Source of the DNA: Gemmatimonadota bacterium
GTDB taxonomy: Bacteria; Gemmatimonadota; Gemmatimonadetes; Gemmatimonadales; GWC2-71-9
Direction: 5' to 3'
NCBI GenBank assembly: GCA_036679605.1
Contig: JAZDCZ010000085.1
Span: 95,404 to 159,403 of the forward strand
DNA length: 64,000 nt
Shown here: piece after piece, positions 10,990 to 20,130 of the stretch
Position numbering within the stretch: the first letter of the stretch is position 1
How the letters are laid out: every line of letters starts with the position of its first letter
Made by a program: the position numbers and the translations under genes
Notes under the pieces: model-generated
Databases searched by the model: none
Seen by the model: the letters and a program-made list of their open reading frames with translations, nothing else
Told to the model about the DNA's origin: nothing

Positions 10990-11223
10990 TTCCTGTAACA
11001 TGAAAAAGGGGGAGTAATAAACCTCTACCTCAATGATATTAATATAGTAGTACTAGTAGAGAGTCTTGAAACATGGATAGACTCCATAAAACGCTGTTGC
11101 CAATTGGGTTCTGCGCCCAAGCATCATGTGGATTATCTGTTCACGCTGTGGGCAGACAGTGGGTTACCACGCGAATCTCCATACCCTCCCACAATCATCC
11201 ACATTGTACCTCCACAAAGGTGT
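10990..11223. promoter_or_regulatory. Putative replication origin oriC (dnaA-dnaN intergenic)
   Basis: DnaA-box-like TGTGGATTA 11127-11135 and TCATCCACA 11195-11203 (1 mismatch each), weaker boxes at 11185 and 11208; AT-rich stretch with TAG-trio-like ATAGTAGTACTAGTAG at about 11044-11059. Confidence 0.75.
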
Positions 11224-12603
11224 TTACGGTGCCGCCAGTTCTTGTCGAGCGAATTCGACGCGGTCCCTGAATTGCCGATCTGATTTCATCTCTCGCTGAA
11301 CCTTGTCAAGACTGTGTATCACGGTTGAGTGATCTCGACCTCCGAAGGCCTGCCCGATCTCCACCAACTGCATGCTCAATAGATTGCGGGCCAGGTACAT
11401 GGCAACCTGACGCGGAACGGTGAGCGTCTTTGTACGAGCTTTGGAACGAAGGCCCTCGGGTGTAACTCCCCACCGTCTTGCGACCACTTCCTGCACCCGA
11501 TCTACGCTCGGAACGGCGCTCTGATCGCCAGGCCGATCGTCTCCCGCCTTTATCTTGTCGGCCAGCGCTTCGCGGGCCAGCTCGATCGATACTTCCCTGT
11601 GCTTGAGGGAGGCAAACAACAACAGCTTGATGATGCACCCCTCAAGTTCACGCACGGAACTCCTCACGTGCTCGGCAATGAACCGGATGACGTCGTCCGG
11701 CATCGTCATTTCGAGGTGATCCTGCTCAGATTTCTTGCGGAGTATCGCGATCCGATGCTCTAAGTCAGGTTGGCCGATGTCAGCCACCATTCCCCATTCA
11801 AATCGGCTGATCAGCCGGGCCTCCAGTCCTGGAATGTCCTTGGGCGGCCGGTCGGAGGTCAGGACTATTTGCTTGCCAGCCTCATGTAGTGCGTTGAAGG
11901 TGTGGAAGAACTCCTCCTGCGTCATTTCCTTGCCTTCGAGAAAATGAACGTCGTCCACGAGAAAAATATCAATGTCCTCGCGATATCTCTTGCGAAAATC
12001 GGGCATCTTACGGCCGTGGATGCTCTCGATCACGTCGTTGATGAACTGCTCGGCTCCCAGATATCGGACGGAGCTAGTCGGGTTCTGTTCCAGCACAGCG
12101 TGAGCCACCGCCTGCATGAGATGCGTCTTTCCGAGTCCAGTCGCCCCGTAAATAAAGAGAGGATTGTACGTTCGCCCGGGTGCAGCCGCGACGGCATGCG
12201 CCGCTGCTGCTGCCAACTCGTTCGATTTGCCGATCACAAACGTTCGGAACGCATAACGTTCGTTCAGCGGCCGCGTAGACTGAGGTGAGGTGGCTGGGTC
12301 AGCTATAGCCGGAGGTGCCACGAAAAAGTCCATCTGTGGGCGTTGGGCCCGTTCTGCCTGTACTTGGAAGACGACTTCCAGCGGTGCTCCCAGGACCTCT
12401 CCTGCTAGGCGCGTGAGAATGTCTGCGTGCTTTGATTCATTCCACTCGACCGCGAACTGATCCGGCGTGGCGACAATGAGCCGACCATCACTCAGAGCTA
12501 CCGGTTCCACCGGGTCTAGCCAGGTCCGAACTGTTGCATCAGGGAGAACTCGTCGCGCTTCCTTGAGTACGCGTGACCAAGTCTCTTTAACCGATAACTC
12601 CAT
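11224..12603 (-). CDS. dnaA: Chromosomal replication initiator DnaA
   Basis: YNPLFIYGATGLGKTHL, QEEFFHTFN, FGGRDHSTV; start MELSVKETW chosen. Confidence 0.98.
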   Translation of the reverse strand: MELSVKETWSRVLKEARRVLPDATVRTWLDPVEPVALSDGRLIVATPDQFAVEWNESKHADILTRLAGEVLGAPLEVVFQVQAERAQRPQMDFFVAPPAIADPATSPQSTRPLNERYAFRTFVIGKSNELAAAAAHAVAAAPGRTYNPLFIYGATGLGKTHLMQAVAHAVLEQNPTSSVRYLGAEQFINDVIESIHGRKMPDFRKRYREDIDIFLVDDVHFLEGKEMTQEEFFHTFNALHEAGKQIVLTSDRPPKDIPGLEARLISRFEWGMVADIGQPDLEHRIAILRKKSEQDHLEMTMPDDVIRFIAEHVRSSVRELEGCIIKLLLFASLKHREVSIELAREALADKIKAGDDRPGDQSAVPSVDRVQEVVARRWGVTPEGLRSKARTKTLTVPRQVAMYLARNLLSMQLVEIGQAFGGRDHSTVIHSLDKVQREMKSDRQFRDRVEFARQELAAP

Positions 12604-12728
12604 CGAGTCGATTTTCTTGGGTAGGTGTCCTAAAGGGCGAACGATTGTACCGCTCCGATGTGGAAAAGTCAACCTTGACCCAGAATACCCGGCCCGGCTA
12701 GGTTACACGGCTCGAAATAAGGGAAAAC

Positions 12729-12890
12729 ATGAAACCGACATACAGACCACGGAACCGGCGTCGCAAGAACAAACACGGTTTCAGGGCACGCATGAAAACG
12801 CGATGGGGCAGGGCGGTGTTGAGCCGCCGCCGCAAGAAGGGACGCAAGCAGTTGACGGTGCGTATCCCTACTAAGCACGCCCACGTTTGA
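12729..12890 (+). CDS. rpmH: 50S ribosomal protein L34
   Basis: Manual translation [44 protein letters not shown] (53 aa, below ORF-track cutoff). Confidence 0.97.
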   Translation: MKPTYRPRNRRRKNKHGFRARMKTRWGRAVLSRRRKKGRKQLTVRIPTKHAHV

Positions 12891-13225
12891 GCACTGAGGA
12901 CTTCGGAAGGAAGCGCAGGTTGTCCAGTGGCCAGGAGATCCGGGCCATAGTTCGCAATGGACAGCGAGCCCGCACTCCGAATCTAGATATCTCTTGGCTT
13001 CCCAACGGGTTGAACCATCCACGGTGTGGTGTGGTGGTTCCCCTCTACGGTGCGACAGCAGTGGCCCGGAACAAGCTCCGGCGCCGGCTGAGAGAGATAG
13101 CTCGCCGTCGTATCCTGCCCGAGCTGGAGCCTATTGATCTTGTGCTGAGGCCGCGTTCCCACGCATACAAAGCAAAATTCGCCGACATGGCTGTAGAATT
13201 GGAGCAATGGCTGCAATCGCACTGA
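12887..13225 (+). CDS. rnpA: Ribonuclease P protein component
   Basis: [16 protein letters not shown]-type motif; position after rpmH. Confidence 0.93.
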   Translation: MSTEDFGRKRRLSSGQEIRAIVRNGQRARTPNLDISWLPNGLNHPRCGVVVPLYGATAVARNKLRRRLREIARRRILPELEPIDLVLRPRSHAYKAKFADMAVELEQWLQSH

Positions 13226-13446
13226 GACTCTTCCGTTGGCCGCGCCAGCTGGCGAAGACCTTGATCCAACTCTACCGTCTTCTGTCTGCTCCGTTCGCCT
13301 CGCCGTGCAGGTTTTACCCAACCTGCTCGAGCTACGCGCTCGAGGCGGTCGACCGGTACGGTGCGCTGAGGGGAGCGTGGCTTGCGGCGAGGCGGATTCT
13401 GAGGTGTCATCCGTTTCATGCTGGTGGGATTGACTTAGTTCCGTGA
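13207..13446 (+). CDS. yidD: Membrane protein insertion efficiency factor
   Basis: CRFYPTCSSY, RILRCHPF. Confidence 0.95.
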   Translation: MAAIALRLFRWPRQLAKTLIQLYRLLSAPFASPCRFYPTCSSYALEAVDRYGALRGAWLAARRILRCHPFHAGGIDLVP

Positions 13447-13457
13447 ATAGCTGACTG

Positions 13458-15155
13458 ATGGACCGCAAAGTCACTTTCGCTATCGGCTTGATGTTGGTTG
13501 TGGCGATATTGCCGTCACTGCTCTTCCCACCCAAGAAGCCTCCTGTTGGCGCCGGTGGCCCCGCAGGTTTAGACAGTGCGACGCAGACGTTGCCACGAGA
13601 TACGGGGCCCACGGTCATCGACTCCAGGCCTAGCAGACAGCAACCCGCAGCAGCCCCGCCCCCTCCGGTCTTTGAAGCCGTTGCCAGCCCAACTGCAGTC
13701 GCCGAGCGTAGGGTTGTCGTCGAGTCGCCACGGTATCGCTATGAGTTCTCGACGCTGGGTGCCCGGCTTACCTCGGCTGAACTCAAGGATTATCGCTCGT
13801 TCGCGCCCGGTGACATCGGGACTGCTCAGCTCATTCCCGAGGACTCACATTTTCTCACCTACAGTCTGCTGTTCGGGAACGACACTGTGGCGCTCGGCGA
13901 CTGGACCTTCGAGCCGTCAGACACACTTGTGCAGGTGGGCGATGCTGGGGGTGAACTGAGATGGATAGCGCGAAACGGGTCGATGGAGGTGCAACTAACC
14001 CAGAAATTCAGGCCGGCGGAATTTTTCTTCGAGGTGGAGGGCCGATTCTCGGGAGCCCCCTCGACCGCTGGTTTGGTGCTCGTGAGTCTTGGCCCCCGGC
14101 TGCGGGGAATTGAGGCGGACACCGTTTGGGATTACCGCAACTATGCGATTGTAACTAAGGCGAGTTCAACCGAGCTCACGAAGTTTGGAAAGTTGACTGA
14201 AGGTGTGCGGACCTCTCTTTCGGGCCCCTTCGAGTGGGTTGCTCTCAAGTCTCGCTATTTTGTCACTTCGATCCTCACGATAGAAGATGGGGAGCCGCAG
14301 ATTGGGGGGGCGGTAGCGACCGGCGGGCCTAAGATCGGCAAATTTGCGACTCGAGCAAGTTTGTTGATTTCGCTTCCCGCCCCCGGTGGACGGTTCAGTC
14401 ACCAAGTGTTTCTCGGACCTCAGGAATTTCGCGATCTGGATGGCGTGGGCCATGATTTGGCGGACATCAACCCATACGGGTGGATATTCCGGCCGATTAT
14501 CAAGCCGGTTGCCAACTTTATAGTGCGCATTTTGATCTGGACTCACGAAACCTTGCATCTCCAATATGGCTGGGTCCTGATTCTTTTTGGAATTGCGGTG
14601 CGCGTAGTTCTCTGGCCCTTGAATCAGAAGGCCATGCGTTCGAGCATGGCAATGCAGGCGCTTCAGCCGGAGATCAAGGCGATGCAAGACCGCCACAAGA
14701 AAGAACCGCAGCGCCTGCAGCAAGAAACGATGAAGCTGTACAAACAGCACGGAGTGAATCCGCTGGGTGGGTGTTTGCCCATGTTGTTGCCGATGCCCGT
14801 GCTATTTGCGCTGTTCTTTGTGTTTAGGGAAACGATCGAGTTCCGCGGTGTCCCGTTTCTGTGGCTGCCCGATCTTTCCAGGGCGGATCCGTTGTTCGCA
14901 ATCCCGCTGCTGATGGGCGGATCGATGTTCGTGCTCTCCAAGATCGGACAGATGGGTGCTCCGCCGAATCCGCAGGCCAAGATGATGCTCTATTTCATGC
15001 CTGTCATGATGACGGTCCTTTTTCTTAAGTTCGCGGCCGGCCTCAATCTGTATTACGCCGTCAGCAACATTGCCAGCTTGCCGCAGCAGTGGATGCTTGC
15101 ACAGGAAAGACTACGGAGGGCCGGGAAGCTGGTGCGAAAGAAGCCAGATTCCTAG
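13458..15155 (+). CDS. yidC: Membrane protein insertase YidC
   Basis: LYKQHGVNPLGGCLP, FLWLPDLSRADP, GLNLYY. Confidence 0.97.
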   Translation: MDRKVTFAIGLMLVVAILPSLLFPPKKPPVGAGGPAGLDSATQTLPRDTGPTVIDSRPSRQQPAAAPPPPVFEAVASPTAVAERRVVVESPRYRYEFSTLGARLTSAELKDYRSFAPGDIGTAQLIPEDSHFLTYSLLFGNDTVALGDWTFEPSDTLVQVGDAGGELRWIARNGSMEVQLTQKFRPAEFFFEVEGRFSGAPSTAGLVLVSLGPRLRGIEADTVWDYRNYAIVTKASSTELTKFGKLTEGVRTSLSGPFEWVALKSRYFVTSILTIEDGEPQIGGAVATGGPKIGKFATRASLLISLPAPGGRFSHQVFLGPQEFRDLDGVGHDLADINPYGWIFRPIIKPVANFIVRILIWTHETLHLQYGWVLILFGIAVRVVLWPLNQKAMRSSMAMQALQPEIKAMQDRHKKEPQRLQQETMKLYKQHGVNPLGGCLPMLLPMPVLFALFFVFRETIEFRGVPFLWLPDLSRADPLFAIPLLMGGSMFVLSKIGQMGAPPNPQAKMMLYFMPVMMTVLFLKFAAGLNLYYAVSNIASLPQQWMLAQERLRRAGKLVRKKPDS

Positions 15156-15172
15156 CTTCCCACTCTTGACCC

Positions 15173-16549
15173 GTGAATAGAGGCAATGGTGTCGGCATGC
15201 TGTCTGATGTAATAGCGTCTCTCGCGACACCCCCTGGCACCTCGGCCATCGCCCTGATCAGGCTCTCTGGTCACGGCTCCTACGACGTGGCCAGCTCGGT
15301 ACTCCACCCGTTCACAGTTGATCCACCACGCACGGCGCGGCTTGCGGAAGCAGTAGACCCCAGCAGCGGTGAGCTACTAGACCGAGCATTGTACGTAACC
15401 TACCGGGCTCCCGCGTCCTACACCGGGGAAGATGCTGTCGAGGTGTCGACACACGGAGGCCTACTGGTCCCAGCTGAGGTGCTCGGAGCCTTCTTGACGG
15501 CCGGGGCGCGTCAGGCCGGTCGGGGCGAATTTACACGAAGAGCGCTGCTCAATGGGAAGATCGACCTGCTACAAGCCGAAGCCATAGGAGATTTGGTGGC
15601 GGCCACAGCTCCCGCGCAGCGACGCGCGGCGTTGAACCAGTTCGATCGCGGTCTTTCGAGTCGGATCAACGAACTCCGTAGTGGAGTGCTGGAACTCGAG
15701 TCGCTCGTGTGCTACGAGATCGACTTCCCCGAGGAGGACAGCGGACCCGTCTCGAACGAGAGAGTAGAGCGTGCCATCGCCGAGCTAGAAGATTCGTTAG
15801 CTCATTTACTGGACACTGCCAGCGAGGGACAGCGCCTCCAGGAGGGAGCCATCTGCGTAATCGCCGGGCGTCCCAATGTCGGGAAGTCTTCTCTGTTTAA
15901 CGCGCTCCTGGGCTCGGAAAGAGCGATCGTAGCCGACAAGCCAGGCACGACGCGGGATGCCATCGAAGCCGCAGCCAACTGCGGAGGGTTTCCCTTCCGG
16001 CTGATAGACACTGCTGGTCTGTGCGACACCGATGACGAGATCGAGAGTTTGGGCGTGGAGGTGAGCCGTAGGTACCTAAGGGGAGCGGACGTAGTCCTCT
16101 TCTGCGCTGAGTATGGCCAGCAGTTGACGGAAGACGAGTTGCAGTTCATTCGAGACATGTCTGCTCCAGTACTCGTCGTACGTACGAAAGCGGACCTAGG
16201 ACTGAGCGCCGATCATATCGACGATACCACGGGGGGAGTCGTCGTTTCCTCCAGAAAGGGCACGGGCCTGTCAGAGCTACGGCAGAAATTGGCGAGCCTG
16301 GGGTTCTCGCGCCTCAGTGCCGGAGGAGACGTGGTATCATGTGTAACCAGGGAACGTCACAGGGTAGCACTCGACGCGGCGCTCCGCGAGGTGGGAGCCT
16401 TTGGGTCGGCGCGTGCGTCGGGGCTCGACAGAGCTGTCGCCGCGACGCACCTGAGAGCTGCGGTCGGTGCTTTGGAGGATGTGATCGGGTTGGTGACCAC
16501 GGACGATGTCCTGGAGCGGGTGTTTACGACTTTTTGCGTGGGGAAATAA
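15173..16549 (+). CDS. mnmE: tRNA modification GTPase MnmE
   Basis: SYTGED, GRPNVGKSSL, GTTRD, DTAG, C-terminal FCVGK. Confidence 0.97.
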   Translation: MNRGNGVGMLSDVIASLATPPGTSAIALIRLSGHGSYDVASSVLHPFTVDPPRTARLAEAVDPSSGELLDRALYVTYRAPASYTGEDAVEVSTHGGLLVPAEVLGAFLTAGARQAGRGEFTRRALLNGKIDLLQAEAIGDLVAATAPAQRRAALNQFDRGLSSRINELRSGVLELESLVCYEIDFPEEDSGPVSNERVERAIAELEDSLAHLLDTASEGQRLQEGAICVIAGRPNVGKSSLFNALLGSERAIVADKPGTTRDAIEAAANCGGFPFRLIDTAGLCDTDDEIESLGVEVSRRYLRGADVVLFCAEYGQQLTEDELQFIRDMSAPVLVVRTKADLGLSADHIDDTTGGVVVSSRKGTGLSELRQKLASLGFSRLSAGGDVVSCVTRERHRVALDAALREVGAFGSARASGLDRAVAATHLRAAVGALEDVIGLVTTDDVLERVFTTFCVGK

Positions 16550-16561
16550 GAGGGGTCGGGT

Positions 16562-16792
16562 CTAGCTGGGTTGGCGCGCTTCACCTCCCTCGGACGACAG
16601 TCTCCACGCCTCATCGGCGAGCCATTCAAGCCGCTGCTGTTTGTACTCCGAGTCTTCCGGGCTGAGAACTCCACGATCACGTGATATAGTGCGCACATGG
16701 TCGATCAACTCGTCCAACACCTCCCGCAGTGCCATGTTGGAGCGACGATCGTCGTCGCTAGGAACGGAGTCGTCGTTAGTTGGCTTGTCCAG
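16562..16792 (-). CDS. Small hypothetical helical protein
   Basis: Manual translation LDKPTNDD...MALREVLDELIDHVRTISRDR...QQRLEWLADEAWRL*; GAGGAG before CTG 16792, alternative ATG 16735; fills gap downstream of the next gene. Confidence 0.65.
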   Translation of the reverse strand: MDKPTNDDSVPSDDDRRSNMALREVLDELIDHVRTISRDRGVLSPEDSEYKQQRLEWLADEAWRLSSEGGEARQPS

Positions 16793-16804
16793 TTCGGTTA
16801 CTCC

Positions 16805-17746
16805 TCACGCAGTCTGGTCGGCGGCCTTAAGCTCTGCGGCGTGGCATTCGTTGCCGCTGGCCCTAAGTGCCCGGGCGATCCCCTGCTGAGCAATAATCGC
16901 CTCTACCATTCGTAACCCCACGTAGTAGCCTGATCGTTCGGGAATGACCTTGCCGGCCACCAGACGTTGAGCAGCGCTCATGCCTCCGGATAGGTAGCGC
17001 AGCCGGTATCCCAGCCCAGTACTGCCCAATTCTGCTTTCAAGTGCTGAATCAAGAAGGAGTCGAGTTCACGCATGCGCCTATACTGGCGTCGTGCGTAAC
17101 CCAAGTATTCCCATGCATCAAACCCAGGTACGGCCCTCTTCGATGCGGCGACCGCCAAACCTTCATTTACGAGTAGTTCTTGGAGGGTGGCCCTACTACC
17201 AGTTTCCCAGTAGTCGTAGTAGCCATTCATGGATTCGACGATCGGCTTTATTTCGCTGTTGCTGTCTGGAGATCCGTAGCGCACGGTGTGCGCAATTTCG
17301 TGGGCTATCCAGAGTGGTACGAGATCTGGTTTGAGTCCCAATCCAAGCGTTTCGGGATTGGCCCGCCCGGTGAAATGCTCGAGGCACGCGAAGGCTATGC
17401 CACGGTCTCCCACGACCAACTCGGCAGCGTTGGCCCCGCCGACACCGACCATGAGATAGACGTCGAAGTCGCAGTCGATCTCAAAGATGTCCTGACAGCG
17501 TTTCATGGTCTCCTCGACGGTGCCCATGAAATCAAACTCATCGAGGACCATTTTCAGATCGCGCCGGTCGGCGTCGACCGTTCGCCGCATTACCTCTTCG
17601 GCGTGAGGACTGTCGAGATCCAGAATGTAATTATGCCAGTATGCACTCAGTACCGGTTCGTGAGCCGCGATATAGCGACGATATCCTTCAAGAGGATCCG
17701 CTGCTTCGAGGGCGGCGAAAAACTCAGGTACCAGGTTGATGAGCAT
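16805..17746 (-). CDS. Putative zinc-dependent protease (DUF2268-like)
   Basis: HEIAH zinc motif, NEGLA third ligand, GYYVG. Confidence 0.75.
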   Translation of the reverse strand: MLINLVPEFFAALEAADPLEGYRRYIAAHEPVLSAYWHNYILDLDSPHAEEVMRRTVDADRRDLKMVLDEFDFMGTVEETMKRCQDIFEIDCDFDVYLMVGVGGANAAELVVGDRGIAFACLEHFTGRANPETLGLGLKPDLVPLWIAHEIAHTVRYGSPDSNSEIKPIVESMNGYYDYWETGSRATLQELLVNEGLAVAASKRAVPGFDAWEYLGYARRQYRRMRELDSFLIQHLKAELGSTGLGYRLRYLSGGMSAAQRLVAGKVIPERSGYYVGLRMVEAIIAQQGIARALRASGNECHAAELKAADQTA

Positions 17747-17821
17747 GGAGGTGTCCCCAATGTGGGAAAGCCTGGCGAGTCTGACAACCCCTGATTCAGA
17801 ATCGGGGCCATCGGGTAGGAC

Positions 17822-18667
17822 TTAGTGGCGGCGTAGTTGGCGGCTTGCGTCGTCGAGTAGCTGTAGTTCTTGGGAAGTCAGGCTGTCGATGCCCGATTCG
17901 TTGATCTTGTCGAGTATGCGATCTACGTCGTCGGTGCTGTTGTGATGCACGTCCTTTTGCTGCGGTGACTCATGCACGTGTGTGGCCTGCCCGCGTCTTC
18001 GGAGTGGACGCACCGGCGCCGGGCGCCGGGCGATCCTAAGGTGGCCAGGTCCAACCTGGGTGCGTTGCTGCATGAGTTTTTCTCCCTTTAGGAACAAGAA
18101 CCCAAAAAGGAATCCACCCAGGTGCGCCAAGTGTGCAACGCCATCGTTAGCGTTAGACTGTGCCATCAAGAGATCGACCACCGCGAGAAATGCAACAAGC
18201 CACTTAACCTTGATAGGGACTGGGAGCGGAAACACGTAGACCGGAGCGTCCGGCCAGTTGATCGCGTATGCCAGCGCCACACCCAGCACTGCGGCCGATG
18301 CTCCGATAAAAGGCGCAACGGGCGTGAAGAGCGCGATCGCAAACGAGAATACCGCTCCGCCGATTCCGCAGGTGAAATAATACAGCGAGAATCCAGAGCT
18401 ACCCATGCGTTCCTCAACAGCGGGGCCGAAGAAAAACAGCAGGAGCATGTTGAACAGCAGATGAAAGGGCCCACCGTGGACGAACATGTAGGTGACGAAC
18501 GTCCAGAGCCTACCGCCGAGATTCGTCGGGCTAAATGCCGTCCCGTCTATGACCCACGAACCCGTGAATACCGTGATCGTCAGCAGATATACCACCGCAT
18601 TTGCGATGATGATTCCGCGGACCCATGGGGTTAGCGTGAAGGGTGACTGTCTCTGCATATAGGTCAA
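17822..18667 (-). CDS. Rhomboid-family intramembrane serine protease
   Basis: HLLFNM, GASAA, AHLAHLGG; C-terminal VDRILDKI domain. Confidence 0.92.
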   Translation of the reverse strand: MTYMQRQSPFTLTPWVRGIIIANAVVYLLTITVFTGSWVIDGTAFSPTNLGGRLWTFVTYMFVHGGPFHLLFNMLLLFFFGPAVEERMGSSGFSLYYFTCGIGGAVFSFAIALFTPVAPFIGASAAVLGVALAYAINWPDAPVYVFPLPVPIKVKWLVAFLAVVDLLMAQSNANDGVAHLAHLGGFLFGFLFLKGEKLMQQRTQVGPGHLRIARRPAPVRPLRRRGQATHVHESPQQKDVHHNSTDDVDRILDKINESGIDSLTSQELQLLDDASRQLRRH

Positions 18668-18676
18668 TCTACCGCC

Positions 18677-19702
18677 TCAACCACAGACTTTGTTCCCTGC
18701 GCCGACTCTCGTCAGCGCTGCGCGGCAAATCCGTTCGCAAAGCTCGTCGAAGGGTATTGCGACAGCCGCAGCGGATTGGGGCAGAAGGCTGGTGGCCGTC
18801 AAGCCCGGCAAAGTATTCGCTTCCAAGCATTGCGGGGTGTCAGACGAGTCGATCCTAAAATCGATTCGTGAGAAGTCTCTCAGCTTGAGACATTGATGAG
18901 CGCGAATCGCCAGAGCCGCGAGGTTCCGTTCGAGGTCGTCCGGGATTTCGGCAGGAAAGATCTCTTTGGTAAGGCCGGGCGTATACTTGCACTCGTAGTC
19001 AAAAATGGGGTGGTCAGGAATAATTTCTCCCACGGCCAGGGTACGCTCATCGAGGACTCCTACGGTAAACTCGCGGCCTTCGACGAATTGTTCCAGCATG
19101 ACCTCGTCGTCATGCTCGCGGGCCGCGTCCACCGCTGTCGGAAGCGCGGCCGGGGAAGCTACGAGGGAGAGCCCCAGAGTGGACCCGGTCTTAGAAGGTT
19201 TGACGATCAAAGGGTAGCCAAGTCGCTCGATTTCTTTCTCTGCGCAGGGCCACATTTTCCATCTTGGAGTAGGCACCTGTGCTTCCCGAAACAGGCGCTT
19301 GGCAATGTCCTTGTCCATTGCGATCGCGCTGGCGGCTGGGCCCGAACCCGTGTACGTGATGTCGGTCAGCTCCAGCAAAGCTTGTATTTCACCGCCCTCG
19401 CCCTGTCGGCCGTGGAGCAGAAGAAACACGAGGTCGGCGTCACGAAGTTCGGGCACGATAAATGACTCAACTTGCTCCCGTGTCCTCAGTGCCAATAGTT
19501 CATCCAGGCTTGGCGGTGTCGGCCCGACCTCTGCAGATAGCACTTGTGACTCGGCGTCGGGATCGAGCACTCCTATGACCGTATCGACCACGACTACTGA
19601 GTGTCCCCGATCTCGCAGAGCAGCCGTAACTTGGTGTGCGCCAGCTAGCGCGACGTTACGCTCGGCGGTAGAACCGCCGGTAAGGAGTGCAATGCGCATC
19701 AA
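18677..19702 (-). CDS. ddl: D-alanine--D-alanine ligase
   Basis: GGSTAER, LHGRQGEGG, MDKD, EANTLPGLT. Confidence 0.95.
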   Translation of the reverse strand: MMRIALLTGGSTAERNVALAGAHQVTAALRDRGHSVVVVDTVIGVLDPDAESQVLSAEVGPTPPSLDELLALRTREQVESFIVPELRDADLVFLLLHGRQGEGGEIQALLELTDITYTGSGPAASAIAMDKDIAKRLFREAQVPTPRWKMWPCAEKEIERLGYPLIVKPSKTGSTLGLSLVASPAALPTAVDAAREHDDEVMLEQFVEGREFTVGVLDERTLAVGEIIPDHPIFDYECKYTPGLTKEIFPAEIPDDLERNLAALAIRAHQCLKLRDFSRIDFRIDSSDTPQCLEANTLPGLTATSLLPQSAAAVAIPFDELCERICRAALTRVGAGNKVCG

Positions 19703-20085
19703 TCGGGCCGGTACGATACTCGGTATTCCGGCATCTCCCAGACCTCAATCTCGTGTATACGGATCGCGGGCCAGCGGTCCGCGAGATTCTCGAGGACGCG
19801 CTCATAAATCACCCGTGTAATCCGTTCCGCGGTAGGTGCGTGCTCGCGAAACGGTTCCAAGTCGTTGAGATAGGAATGGTCGAAGTCAGCAACCGCGTGC
19901 TGGACGACCTGTTCCAGGTCTCTGAAGTCGATGCCCATGCCTTTGTCGCCGAGTTCAGAGTCTTCAATTCTTACCGTCAATCGCGCGCGCCAGTTGTGCC
20001 CGTGAAATCGTTCGCACATGTCGATGCCAGGCAACGAGTGGGCAGAGGAAAAGACCGCTTCTGCGGAGAGGAGATAGTGGGCCAC
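19699..20085 (-). CDS. queD: 6-carboxytetrahydropterin synthase
   Basis: FSSAH, CERFHGHNW, DHSYLN, PTAE. Confidence 0.9.
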   Translation of the reverse strand: MAHYLLSAEAVFSSAHSLPGIDMCERFHGHNWRARLTVRIEDSELGDKGMGIDFRDLEQVVQHAVADFDHSYLNDLEPFREHAPTAERITRVIYERVLENLADRWPAIRIHEIEVWEMPEYRVSYRPD

Positions 20086-20130
20086 GGCGTCTCGGCTAAT
20101 GCAAGTGGGTCAGGTGTTGGACAGTCCCGT

